Of a stretch of DNA of 64,000 bases, positions 45,740 through 56,254 are shown piece by piece. A program made the translations under genes and the position numbers. How positions within the stretch are numbered: the first letter of the stretch is position 1; each line of letters opens with the position of its first letter. The stretch is taken from the NCBI GenBank assembly GCA_000004985.1, contig GG738864.1; one strand, 5' to 3'. The stretch comes from Naegleria gruberi. Lineage: Eukaryota. The notes under the pieces are model-generated. The model worked only from the letters and a program-made list of their open reading frames with translations. It was not told where the DNA came from and did no database searches.

Positions 45740-46969
45740 ATGCTTCACCAAACCACCAAGAAAATCTCATCACAAATTTTATTGTCATCTTCATTGAACA
45801 GAATCGGAATGATGCAACAAGCTGCTACAAGATCATTCTCTACTTTTAATGTTGCTAGATCGGAGGCTTCTGTTATTTTCCATGAAAAGACTGAACCATC
45901 TGTTCAAGTAGTTACTCTCAACAGACCAAAGGCTTTAAATTCACTCAACTTGGAAATGGTTAGAGAAATGACACCAAAATATGAAGAATTATTAAAATCA
46001 GAAACTAAAATGATTATTTTAAAGGGTTCTGGTGATAAAGCTTTCTGTGCTGGTGGTGATATTAAAGCAATTTATGAATCAAAAGATCCAAAATTCTTTG
46101 CTGAAGAATATCAATTGAATTACTTGATTGGTTCTCTCTATGAAAAACATAAGAAGGTTCAAGTAGCATTGTTAAATGGTATTACTATGGGAGGTGGTGT
46201 TGGAGTGAGTGTTCAACCAGATACTTTGAGAATTGCAACTGAAAAGACAATGTTTGCCATGCCAGAAACAGCTATTGGTTTCTTTTGTGATGTTGGTGGA
46301 AGTTATTTCTTACCAAGAATTCCAATTAAGGGACTTGGTATGTATTTGGCATTGACAGGTTCAAGATTGAAGGGGGAACAATGTGTTGTTGCTGGTGTTG
46401 CTACTCATTTTGTTCCAAGTGAAAAATTGGGTGAATTGGAAGAATTACTTGTAAAGATTGCTCGTGAAAGTACTGGACCAATTGATAAGGAATTCATTGC
46501 CAAGGAAATTGAAAAGCATTTCCCACAACATCAATATATTCATTCCAAGCATGCTAATTCATTCATGGAACATGAAAAGGAAATTTCATTGTTTGATCCA
46601 TCTCAAAGTCCTTCAGTTCATGATATCGTTGAAGGATTGAAGAAATTGGATACTGCTCATGCCCATCATACTCTCAAGACTTTGGAACAAATGTCACCAA
46701 CTAGTTTGAGAGTTGTTCACAGACAATTGAGAATGGGAAGTGTTTTAGGATATAAGGAATGTTTTGATATGGAATATGGAATGGCTAAACAAATGATGAA
46801 TGGTAATGATTTCTTTGAAGGTGTTAGAGCTTTACTTGTTGATAAGGATAAGAATCCAAAGTGGAATCCTGCTACTCTTGATCAAGTTAAACAAAAGGAT
46901 GTAGACATGTATTTTGAATCATTTATGACAACATCTTCAAAAATTGTAAATGGAAATGAACTTGCCTAA
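45740..46969 (+). CDS. hibch: 3-hydroxyisobutyryl-CoA hydrolase (HIBCH; enoyl-CoA hydratase/isomerase superfamily), mitochondrial type
   Basis: 409 aa. VVTLNRPKALNSLNLEMV...ILKGSGDKAFCAGGDIKAIYE...ITMGGGVGVSV...ETAIGFFCDVGGSYFL. Presequence-like N-terminus. Confidence 0.8.
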   Translation: MLHQTTKKISSQILLSSSLNRIGMMQQAATRSFSTFNVARSEASVIFHEKTEPSVQVVTLNRPKALNSLNLEMVREMTPKYEELLKSETKMIILKGSGDKAFCAGGDIKAIYESKDPKFFAEEYQLNYLIGSLYEKHKKVQVALLNGITMGGGVGVSVQPDTLRIATEKTMFAMPETAIGFFCDVGGSYFLPRIPIKGLGMYLALTGSRLKGEQCVVAGVATHFVPSEKLGELEELLVKIARESTGPIDKEFIAKEIEKHFPQHQYIHSKHANSFMEHEKEISLFDPSQSPSVHDIVEGLKKLDTAHAHHTLKTLEQMSPTSLRVVHRQLRMGSVLGYKECFDMEYGMAKQMMNGNDFFEGVRALLVDKDKNPKWNPATLDQVKQKDVDMYFESFMTTSSKIVNGNELA

Positions 46970-47018
46970 GTCCAATAAATTATTATTTCAATAACTTTAA
47001 ATTAGTGAGCTTAATGTA

Positions 47019-47926
47019 TTATTCTACATTTGTGCTTTCATCAGCTCTATTTCTCTTATGAAGAGATTCTGAAATATTTACATCTTGGTCAGCAATATTG
47101 ACATCATCTTCCTTAATTTCTTCAACAGGTTGATTATTTTCTTCTCTGAGATCAGCTTGGTGTTCTCTCATTCTTTCCTCTTCTTCATTTTGATCAACAT
47201 CAAAAAAGTCTTGAGGATCACGATAAACTGGAGGATGTGCTTGAAGATCATGATCACCTGGGAATAATTTAGAAATTAAAAGAGGAGTTTTAAGTGGATC
47301 AACTCCATCAAATTCACCTGGTATAACATCTTTGAGATAAAAGTAAATATGTCCAACTGCAATTCCTACCAAATCCACAACAGGACTCATTCCCATCAAT
47401 AATCCAACTCCTAATAAAACCCAAGCCAAATATCCTGCTCCAACAGTGAAAATTCCATAAATACGAAATTGTTCATGTGGATTTCTTCTACTCCAAATAT
47501 AAAGTAACATTATAACAAGTGCATGACTCATGAACGGAAGTTGAAGAAGAGGTGAAATGCAAAGCATCATCACACATCCGAATAAAATCAAGTAAAAGAA
47601 GTCTCCAGTTTTTCTATGGAATGAATGTTCTTCCAATCTTCTACAATAAAAGTACAGAAAATACAAATGTAATATAAAATTAATACTAAATCGATCAAAG
47701 AATAGAAAATTAGTAGCAAGTCGCCAGAACTATATTCTGTTTTAAAATAGATCTTGATATCTTTGAAACATACCTGATATTGGAAAAATACATTTTGGAA
47801 ATTTAAATATAATTGCAAGGGATTTAGTAAATCAAAAGTAACAGCAAAGCTAGTAATTGTTGAGAGGGTGAGAAATGTTCTTGTTATCACCGGAATGGAA
47901 AAGTACCATTGTTCAAGGTTAGTCAT
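47019..47926 (-). CDS. Derlin (Der1-like ERAD protein); 2 exons
   Basis: Exon 1 47926-47774 (MTNLEQWYFSIPVITRTFLTLSTITSFAVTFDLLNPLQLYLNFQNVFFQYQ). A 44-nt intron 47730-47773 (CAG|GTATGT..AATATAG). Exon 2 47729-47019 (FWRLATNFLFFDRFSINFILHLYFLYFYCRRLEEHSF...IMLLYIWSRRNPHEQFRIYGIFTVGAGYLAWVLLG...GHIYFYL...). Colinear with Derlin-1/2. Confidence 0.8.
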
Positions 47927-48133
47927 TATTTAATAATACAGTTTTAAAAAGAGTCGTGGGGTGAGAATGTATGATGTGATTGGGTGATTTTTTTTTACTT
48001 GAAATCTTCAAACACGTGTTCTATTTTTTGTTTTTTCAATAAGAACGGAATCTGAAGTGGAAGTTGACAGTGAAAACTATTTTGTTTTACAAAACCTTGT
48101 TTTCCTCATACGGTGCTTGGATTTGATAATTAT

Positions 48134-50253
48134 TCACAAATAATCTAAATTATCAATTTGAGTCTTTTCTTTGGATTCTTCAATATTTTCATTTGATTTC
48201 TCTATAGAATTAGTTAATTGTTGCTCATCAACTTGTTGAATGGGCGAATTGTGATTAGATTCCAATTTGATATCTTTCAATTCTTCCTGATTATTATTAT
48301 TATTAGTATCATTGCTTGTAATGTTATGAAGAGTAACTTGTTGAGAAGTGGTTAAATCATTAAGGGATGCAACTTTCCATTGCTTTAGAATATTTCTTAC
48401 TTCCTTATTTTGACTCTTCAACCTTTCGAATACATCTGTCATATCCTCAATACAATGCCATTGAATATTATCAAAAAAGTTTGTTTCCAATAGTGGTGTA
48501 GTTTCAATTGCTTTGGATATTTGTTCAAACATTTGAGAAAGTTTTGGAAAGTTCAATTCGAGAGGTGAATTTGGTTTCAGATAAGTTTTAGTAATGTGAA
48601 GTGCAGCTTGCTTTCTATTTTTCTTACTTGTCAATTTAAATCTTTCAATATCTTGATAACATAACACAGATTCAGGACAGTAACTTGAAATCGTTATTAG
48701 AAACTAAACTAATTTAACACTTACCTTCTTCTTGCAAAATCCAATAAAATATTAAAAGTTTTCTTACTTTTTAAAAAGTGTTCCAGTTCAGACTCTTCCA
48801 CTCTTTCCTTTTTCGTGCGATTCAATAATACTATAGAATATAATATTGGCAACAAGACACATATCACAACCTCAGTAAATGAATAAACCATTAAGGTAAA
48901 CCCAAATGGAACAAAAAAATCAGTCAACTTGGTCACCTGTACCAAAAATCCACAAATGGCAAATAAAATAATTGAAAAGAATTGCAATAATGTCAATAAT
49001 AATGTCTCTCTCTTAATAAACCACGTATCTCTAGGAATGATAAAACACAACACTAAAAAGACAATCTCCACCACAATATAAAACAATGATTCAATGGCTA
49101 CAATAATTGTAATGGCATTGGTAATGACACATCCTCTCGAGGATACAAAGAAACCACCATCTCCCATGAAAATTCTTTGATTATTTGATTTGATTGGATC
49201 TTGATTGTAAATTCCCTCCTCAACAGCTCCAAAAAATATGAATAGTAAAATGTGAATAATGAATGAAGTGAGATAGGTGGCAATTACAAATTTCTGACTC
49301 AGTAAAATGTTGAAAATCTTTTGAATTTTGACATTCTTTTTCATTTCCAATTCATTTTCAATCCAATATGAATAATTATCACCATCAGATGAAGTGGCAT
49401 CATTCGAATCTTGATTATTATTGAAAATGCTTTCAACATTTGACAATTGACTTTTTGGAGAATTCATATTTGAATTATTTGGAACTACTTTCATTGAAGA
49501 TTTCAAATTTTCATGATTAGTTTCCTTTCTATTCGAATCCATTTTAGTTTTTTGTAAATTCAACTTGTGCATAAAAAACAATCTCCACAATCTAAACACA
49601 CTTGGAAGTAATATTCCAGGTGGAACAATAAAAAACGATAAAATATAAATACTACAAGGATAAATACGTCTTCCTATAATAAACCTTAAACATGTCAAAA
49701 TAATAAATCCAGAATTTGACAGAATGGTCATGAACAAGTAAGTTATATTTCTAGCCTTTATATGTGGAGAATTTCTTCTCAAATATAATCCAATTCCACT
49801 CACAATTAATACTATTATATATACCAATAAAAATACAATTGAAACAGCAGATGTCAACCAAGTGTCAGGACAAATAGAATAAAGTAGATTAGGTCCATCT
49901 CTACTGAAATCACCTAATTGAAATAATATTGGATTACATGTTCCATAATTTGTAGAATTGGTAGAATTAAATAACATTGTGTCATTATAAATGTCATATT
50001 TGTTTTTAATGGAGATTAAATTAAACATTGTCTTTTCGTAGTAATAAATATAATGATGACCATTCATAGATGCAGATAATTCACCACCAAAGTTCATAGA
50101 TAGTGGATTTATGGCCATAACTTGTTGATAATTAGGTACAAGAAATAACGATACTAGTAAGAGAAGAATAATTTGATGTTGTTGTTGTTGGCGTTGTTGG
50201 AGAAGACACTTTTTGAAAGAATGCAACAAGTGTTGATGAGATAAGAGGTGCAT
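48134..50253 (-). CDS. Seven-transmembrane receptor fused to a C-terminal RGS domain (7TM-RGS); 2 exons
   Basis: Exon 1 50253-48725 encodes a signal/TM-like N-terminus, a Cys-containing ectodomain (CNPILFQLGDFSRDGPNLLYSICPDTWLT) and 7 hydrophobic helices, ending ...LEHFLKSKKTFNILLDFARRR. A 41-nt intron 48684-48724 (AG|GTAAGT..TTTCAAG, phase 2). Exon 2 48683-48134 continues the RGS domain (S-YCPESVLCYQDIERFKLTSKKNRKQAALHITKTYL...FDNIQWHCIEDMTDVFERLKSQ). Confidence 0.7.
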
Positions 50254-50435
50254 TTTTTGATTGTGTCAATTATTTGCCGGCATCTTTTCAAAGTGTCATC
50301 AACATTCAGTCTGAACGCTCACAAACCATTTTGGTTGATTGGGTCTTTTATGAAATAAAATAAGAATGGATTTTAACTTGGGTTTCTAATAAATTACACA
50401 TGTCAAACACAAAATCATATGGCTCGCCACGTTAA

Positions 50436-50506
50436 CCGTCTCGGGAGGAATCGAACCTCCGTCAATGGATTCAAAGTCCACTATGCTACCATTACACCAC
50501 GAGACG
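50436..50506 (-). tRNA. tRNA-Gln (anticodon UUG)
   Basis: Minus-strand sequence CGTCTCG TG GTGT AATGGTA GCAT A GTGGA CTTTGAA TCCAT TGAC GGAGG TTCGATT CCTCC CGAGACG + G. Perfect 7-bp acceptor stem. Anticodon loop CU-UUG-AA. Close to the eukaryotic tRNA-Gln consensus. Confidence 0.85.
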
Positions 50507-50580
50507 AGCACATTCATGATGAAAATAAACCTCATTTGCACGCGAAAAAATTGGGTTCAAGATTTTAACCCGAGTCTTAT

Positions 50581-52518
50581 TTACTTTATTATGATATCAG
50601 TTAATTGTTTGTCATTAGAGTGTTTTAACAGTTTCATTACAAACTTTTCCACACTCTGATATATTCCCTTATTAAATTTCCAATACAATAAAATAAAAGT
50701 TTCTGGTCTCCAAAAACGTAGTTCATTCAATCTGTCACATGCCAATTCATAAATACATCCATTATTAGGATAACAAATAGGACTTGACAATTTGTATGAA
50801 TAATATACACCTCTATATTTGATATCAATAGAATAATTATCATATATTAAAATATCACAGTCAGCATGACGTAAATATTTGATTAGTTTCTTTTCTTCTG
50901 CCTGGTTTCCAATATCTTTTTCATCATCCTCCTCATCTTCACTATCATCTCTTGAATAATTCTTCAATTGAATATCTTTTTCAAATATTTTCCTGACATT
51001 TCCTCCTCTTTCAATTATTATTCCACAATTATCATCACTAATAAATCCAGTTATACCATTAGTAGTATCAAAATCCATATCAGTAAAATAGTAAGGTAAT
51101 TCCAATTCTTTAAACGCGTAAACATTACGACGTGATTTCTCACCCATAAATGGTAAAACATCTTGCAAATATTATTGAACTATTCCAATACCTGAACAAC
51201 TCACCTTCTCCACATAAAAAAATTCTTCCATTATCAGTAAGTGCAGCTACCTTATTTTTATATCCAAGAACCTTAATAAATTTTGGCTTTTGACATTTTT
51301 TACCTTTCAACTTGATTTCACATTCACCCAATTCAACATCTTGAACATTTTTCATACCTCTTGCAGCAGCTCCATCTCCATTATATCCAATACTATATAA
51401 ATTTCCAATAGATGATAAAATAAAAAGAGCCCACATATTAGCTGATATGAATTCAATATTATTAAATAATATATTATTACCAGTATTAATCTCAAAGATA
51501 TTATAACAAGATGGTGGCTTTGAAATTATTGGTTGTGAGGGATTGATATTCTTTTCAATTATTTTACCATGAGTTGAAATACATTTCGTAAATGGTTTAA
51601 CCTTCTCATCATACAAGTCACTTTCCCTTCTAATTCCAAATAATTTGTTAGAATGTGTGCAAATGAATAGAAATTGTTTTGAAATTGCTAAATGTAGACC
51701 GAGGGAGGTGAGCTAAAAAATGTTACATCACGGTAATTTCGCGCCAACCAATAACCGCTGAAAGTTGTCTGTTCTGACCGTTAAATATTCAACAAAAAAA
51801 AACAACAAACAACAATTACTCATCATGATTTCATCATCACCCTGCTAAATAGGTATATTGGTTGGTATTCCCACCTTCAGCATGCTACCTTGAGAAGCCA
51901 CCATGAGGAGAGTTCTCCCTTTGCTTCCTTCCTCACCAGCCATTACTACATTCACCTCACCAAAACATCATCTAGATAAGTGCCTGCCCATTTACTTGAA
52001 ATTGTTGGTACATTAAAGCGAAGGTTCATGTACAAGAACCCAGAAGTACTTGTTTCTAGAAGAACAAGTGGTAATTGATACTTTGAACACACTGTCTCAC
52101 TCTTGGTCCAATAAACCTTCGGCTCGACTTTAACAAATTTTTGTTTTTTGAGTGACTTCTTAATTTTTTAAAAATATTTGTCAATCCTTCTCACCTCCCA
52201 CGGTCTAGCTAAATGTTTAACATGTTTCCATTCAAATTTCAATGGATCATGATTTTTAAATTCAATCACTAATTCACATATTTTTAAATCAAGAGGCTTG
52301 CTAGTATTATGATTATCATTTATAATGATACATTTAATTTCATTGGGATTTTCACTTAAATTTAATCCTAAACATGCAATAGTACCATATCTGAAACAAT
52401 CCGAAACTGCATAATGAATTTGCCAATTTGATAAATAATTAGAAATAATTCGCGTTTCTAATTTTTGATTCAGGAGTGAAATGCTCCCAATAAAACCATA
52501 CTTCTCTCGTTGTGCCAT
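50581..52518 (-). CDS. RCC1-like repeat protein; 3 exons with one atypically long intron
   Basis: Exon 1 52518-52195 (ATG in aaaaATGg context; ...KHVKHLARPWE). Donor GAG|GTGAGA. A 482-nt intron 51713-52194. Exon 2 51712-51205 (LTSLGLHLAISKQFLFICTHSNKLFGIRRESDLYDEKVKPFTKCISTHGK...VAALTDNGRIFLCGEG). A 43-nt intron 51162-51204 (G|GTGAGT..TTGCAAG). Exon 3 51161-50581. Both junctions are in phase and stop-free. Joining exon 1 across the long intron is inference. Confidence 0.5.
51693..51712. repeat. Inverted-repeat arm A (pairs with 52190-52209), lying at the acceptor end of the long intron
   Basis: Plus strand tgtagaccgagggaggtgag. Its reverse complement ctcacctccctcggtctaca matches ctcacctcccacggtctagc at 52190-52209 in 17 of the first 18 positions. 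Confidence 0.55.
51795..52130 (-). ncRNA. Candidate structured ncRNA (SRP/7SL-like?) embedded in the long intron, same strand as the host gene
   Basis: A 450-bp ORF-free, GC-richer block. The minus-strand reading shows a 5' strand (GCCGAAGG), two hairpins (CTTGTTCT-TCTAGA-AACAAG and GGGTTC-TTGTACATG-GAACC, loop resembling UGUAAY), then the complementary 3' strand (CCTTCGC). This is Alu-domain-like topology. It also carries GGTGAGGAAGGAAGCAAAGG, an 11/11 match to the SRP-RNA helix-8 core GGAAGGAAGCA, and ends in a T9 run (plus 51794-51802). Not verified by a covariance model. Confidence 0.3.
52190..52209. repeat. Inverted-repeat arm B, spanning the 5' splice site (GTGAG) plus the last 15 nt of exon 1
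   Basis: Plus strand ctcacctcccacggtctagc. See arm A for the match. Confidence 0.55.
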
Positions 52519-52590
52519 TTTTTTTAACTAAATTGTAAATTTCGATATTGATCAAATTTATTTTGAAGATTTAAAGAAAATATAAAATTA

Positions 52591-53133
52591 CTACTTTGCT
52601 GATTCATTAATTAAATCATCTCTAATCTGTGTAATAATTCTACCTAATAAATTCAAACCTTTCCATTGAGATCTATCATGAGCTCTCTGATCCTTCTCTT
52701 CCAATCCAATTCCCCAAATTTTATCATATGGAGAAGCTTCAACATATTCAACATCCAATCTGGAAAGTAAATCTCTTCTCATTTCTTCATTTTGTGTGAA
52801 TTTTGCATAATTTCCCTCATAAACAATTCGATCTCTATTGGCTTCCCATTGATTGGTATCAAAATTCTTGACTTTTCTACCAAATTCTTTACATTGCTTT
52901 GGATCGGAGGTTTTTAAAATCTTTTCTGCCATTTCATGATCATTGAATAATTGTGCCTTCTGATACATCATGTATTGTTCACAAGTTACAAATGTTTTAC
53001 CATCAATTTTCATTGGTGCTTTAACCCATTGTGAATAGTAACCTCCTTTAGTACCCCAAAAGAAGTGAAATTTGGAATATTTTGTTGCTGGGCAGAGGTA
53101 TTGTTTAATTGTGTTGTTGTTGGATGAAGACAT
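52591..53133 (-). CDS. NADAR-domain protein (YbiA/DUF1768 family)
   Basis: 180 aa. FFWGTKGGYYSQW...FVTCEQYMMYQKAQLF...YAKFTQNEEMRRDLLSRLDVEYVEASPYDKIWGIGLEE...GLNLLGRIITQIRDDL matches the NADAR signature (F[YF]...SN[FW]...WE..R...[YF].KF.QN...L..T......E.SP.D..WGIG). Confidence 0.7.
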   Translation of the reverse strand: MSSSNNNTIKQYLCPATKYSKFHFFWGTKGGYYSQWVKAPMKIDGKTFVTCEQYMMYQKAQLFNDHEMAEKILKTSDPKQCKEFGRKVKNFDTNQWEANRDRIVYEGNYAKFTQNEEMRRDLLSRLDVEYVEASPYDKIWGIGLEEKDQRAHDRSQWKGLNLLGRIITQIRDDLINESAK

Positions 53134-53408
53134 GTTTTTTTTATTATTGTTGCTATTATTAGAACTTTGAATCCAGAAAAATGAATATTATTGAAACAAT
53201 TTCAGAAGTGAAATCAATTGGTTCATTCTGTACTCTGAACAGCATTCCTTAAAAAAGTGGAAAGTGTTTTACAATATTGTGAAGAAATCTAAGAAAATGA
53301 CTTTGCATCAATTTCGATTTGAAAATTCAGTTTCCAGTAGATACTATTAATTGGATATTCAAAAAAACTTACTTATTAGAGAAAGTTTAAAAACAATTCT
53401 AAAAAAAA

Positions 53409-54346
53409 ATGCCAAGCTTATTTAGGCCAGGAATTGATCAATTAAGGCTTCATGATGAAGAAATTCTATACTATGATAGGTCTCCCACTGTAGAGCAAAG
53501 TATTTTATCATTCTGGATTGGATCAGCCGTGAAAATGACATCATTACACTAAAAATTTCAGATACTTTTGCATTAAGGTATATCAGAGAAACAACTTTAT
53601 ATTTCCCTAAGGAGTGGTTTGACACTTTCAATAACTCTTGTATTGTTTCTGAAATAATGTCTGGATCTTTTAAAGGCTACACTGTACAAATTTGGCTTGC
53701 AATTATGCTCCTTAATCAAAACTCCACTCTCAGTACCCAAATCCAAAATATTATCAAAGACAAAAAGAAGTTCTCATCAATATTCATTGATTCTACAAAC
53801 AGAAATTACACCTCATTAGAAGGAAAACCTGAGGATATAGATGTGATTGGACCAATGATTGCAAAAAATGTAGAGGACGATACATCTTTAGATGTAATTT
53901 TACCATATTCTGCCATTGATTATTGCAAAGAGAGGGTTGATTTCAATTTGGTTGTCCAAATTACATGTAAGAAGGAGTTGGATCAAACTCTTAAAGCAAC
54001 AAAAAATTGTGACCAATTACTGAACTATACCAAAAGCAAGTCAAACGAGAGAAACTTGTGGAAGGTCAAAAAAACGAAAGGCACAAGACAAGAACCAGTT
54101 GACATTTCAGATTTGGATGAAAAGGAACTTTCTACATTCTTAACAAAAGCTTACCAAAACAACCAGTTGAAAATTAAGGAAGATTACTTTAAAATATTAT
54201 TACAATACTTGCAAGAAAATGATTTCAATGGTGATGCTCTCTTTTCTATTGAAGAGTCAATCCTTAGACAATCTTTGAAAAATGCAAATTTAAAAGAAGG
54301 ACCTATTCAAAATATTTGTTCTTTTATTAAAAGAGTAAAGCAATAA
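53409..54346 (+). CDS. Hypothetical protein with a C-terminal SAM (sterile alpha motif)-like domain; probable 2 exons
   Basis: Main exon 53562-54346 (ORF track 53657-54346). The C-terminal ...FLTKAYQNNQLKIKEDYFKILLQYLQENDFNGDALFSIEESILRQSLKN... is SAM-like. A candidate 5' exon 53409-53499 (MPSLFRPGIDQLRLHDEEILYYDRSPTVEQ) is joined via an A|GTATTT donor and TTTCAG acceptor (62-nt intron, phase 1). Exon 1 is inference. Confidence 0.45.
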
Positions 54347-54355
54347 GGAGGATAA

Positions 54356-55780
54356 TTATTTATGCTGTTTGGTTTTTGCAGCACTTCTACCAGTTTTTTC
54401 TGAAATCTTTTTGATTAAATTCTTTTGACAAAAGTGACATGTCTGGGCAAGTCCTTGTTCTCTTGAGCAATATCCACAAATCATTTTTCTACCCATAATG
54501 TCAGAAGATGGAGCAGTGCATTCCAGTTCATGGCAAATATCACATGGATAGGCACGTCCACAACAATCGAACCTGAACCATCTCTTTGAATTCTTGTAAT
54601 GTTCACATGTTCCAAAGAATGGAAGTGGTGCACCTACTGAAATACCTTTGAGTGGTTTCTTCTTTTTGTTGGTTGAGGAAGAACTCTTATTTTCATCATG
54701 CTTATTACCACTGTTATGTGTTACCATTGCTAGATATTCACCAACAGTTCTCTTTTGTAATTGATTGATTTGAACAGTTATCAACTCATGACAATGTGTG
54801 CAATTCATCTCATTCACACTTTTAATCTTTAAATTTTTCAAATCATTGGCACGACTACAATTAAAACACAAAACTTGAATAATATTTCCCATTGGAATTA
54901 AATCAAAAAATGTACAATTCATCAATTCCAAATAAACAAATGGTGTTCCAGCTTGAAGTTCGTTTCCTTTTTTACCTTCAGTAGATAAACTTTCACTTGT
55001 CATACCAAATGGTTTCATTGTAATGTTAAGTGTCTTGGCACATTTTGGACAATTCTTTTCAATAGATTCACCTGGTTTTACATTTCTAATTTCACAATCA
55101 TTAGAACATCTATCACATTTAGCTAAAAAGCTTAATTGTTTCATCTCAAAGATTGAACAATTCTTAACTTCTCCCTGATTAATAAGTAATAAATAATCAG
55201 AACTATTGGATTCTAATAATTCTGGTGGAGCATAAATCAATGAATAAAAATCCAAATCAGGAATTTCATCATCATTGTCATCTTCATCAGATTCCTTTGG
55301 ATATTTACTAAAATCAATTTGATATCTTCTTTCCGATATTCCATGCATTCCTTCCACAAGATAATTAGTAAAATATTCCGTATTACCAGTTAATATTATT
55401 GTTGTAATATTATTTTCAGCCCATTTCATGAATTTCAAAATCACTTCCACAGCACTTGCATGAAATATTTTGTGAAATTGTTTGTTAGCAAATTTCATCA
55501 TATTTTCCAACATGATAAAAGCTAATTTAGGTGATTTTTCTGTGGAACTATAATTTTCAATACTTTTTAATTTACAGCAGCCTTCAATGGTATGATTGGG
55601 ATATTGTTCACTCATTTCAAATACAAAAATAATACCATCAAGAGTAGGATCAATTTTAATATCATTCTCCGGAATAAGAACAAGTGAAAATTCAAGTGGC
55701 CATTTACCCTTCTCACTTCTAATTTTAAATTTGTACTTGTTTTTTAATTCAATTAATTCCTCTTTAGCCTTTTGAGACAT
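54356..55780 (-). CDS. RWD/UEV-like N-terminal domain protein with a C-terminal CHY-type zinc finger (E3-ligase-like)
   Basis: 474 aa. N-terminus ELIELKNKYKFKIRSEKGKWPLEFSLVLIPEN...IIFVFEMSEQYPNHTIEG (RWD-like). C-terminus GTCEHYKNSKRWFRFDCCGRAYPCDICHELECTAP...CGYCSREQGLAQTCHFC (CHY zinc finger). Confidence 0.6.
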   Translation of the reverse strand: MSQKAKEELIELKNKYKFKIRSEKGKWPLEFSLVLIPENDIKIDPTLDGIIFVFEMSEQYPNHTIEGCCKLKSIENYSSTEKSPKLAFIMLENMMKFANKQFHKIFHASAVEVILKFMKWAENNITTIILTGNTEYFTNYLVEGMHGISERRYQIDFSKYPKESDEDDNDDEIPDLDFYSLIYAPPELLESNSSDYLLLINQGEVKNCSIFEMKQLSFLAKCDRCSNDCEIRNVKPGESIEKNCPKCAKTLNITMKPFGMTSESLSTEGKKGNELQAGTPFVYLELMNCTFFDLIPMGNIIQVLCFNCSRANDLKNLKIKSVNEMNCTHCHELITVQINQLQKRTVGEYLAMVTHNSGNKHDENKSSSSTNKKKKPLKGISVGAPLPFFGTCEHYKNSKRWFRFDCCGRAYPCDICHELECTAPSSDIMGRKMICGYCSREQGLAQTCHFCQKNLIKKISEKTGRSAAKTKQHK

Positions 55781-55916
55781 TTTTTTTTAAATGATCTCAA
55801 CCAATCAGAAGGCAAAAAGCATTGGTATTTAACTGAGATGCTCTCTATGAAATTTTATCATTCCATGAAGAGTTTAAATTTTTATTAGCAATGACCTGTG
55901 CTTTAGTTTCAAGACA

Positions 55917-56200
55917 ATGGTTAACTTTTGTTGTGCAAAGAAGAAAACTGATATTGAGGTTGACAAGAAAATGAAATGGCAATTGTTACAATATATTAAA
56001 GAAAAGAACATGATCGCATTTGGTTTAATGATACTGTTGATGAATGGAGAGGGAGCAAGGTTTATTGATATTGGCTCAAATGAAATTGATATTGAAGGAG
56101 CAAAATTTATTAGTCAACTGAAACAATTAACAATACTTATCTAAGCAAAAATGATATCAAAGACGAAGGAACCAAATATATTTGTGATCAATTAACCTCT
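55917..56200 (+). pseudogene. Short LRR (RNI-like) gene fragment with an internal frameshift; probable remnant
   Basis: ...GARFIDIGSNEIDIEGAKFISQLKQLTILI* continues in the +1 frame as YLSKNDIKDEGTKYICDQL, giving three RNI-type LRR units interrupted near 56140. There is no plausible intron and no obvious full-length context. Confidence 0.3.
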
Positions 56201-56254
56201 CATGTTATGCGTTATCAATTGATGCTAGTCATTTCAGTTTTAAATTATTTTTTA

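Noticed and set aside
51720-52170. U1/U2/U4/U5/U6 or U3 snRNA identity for the ORF-free block
   Set aside because: None of the diagnostic motifs (ACUUACCUG, GCUUCUCGGCCUUUUGGCUAAGAUCAAGUGUAGUAUCUG, CUUUUACUAAAGAUUUCCG, GAUACAGAGAAGAUUAGCAUGG, or box A/C/D of U3) are present. The only partial match is an ACTTTCAG heptamer. Only the SRP-like signals remain, and those are unverified.
53422-53631. 69-aa minus ORF
   Set aside because: It is antisense to the candidate first exon and intron of the SAM-domain gene. It has no independent support.
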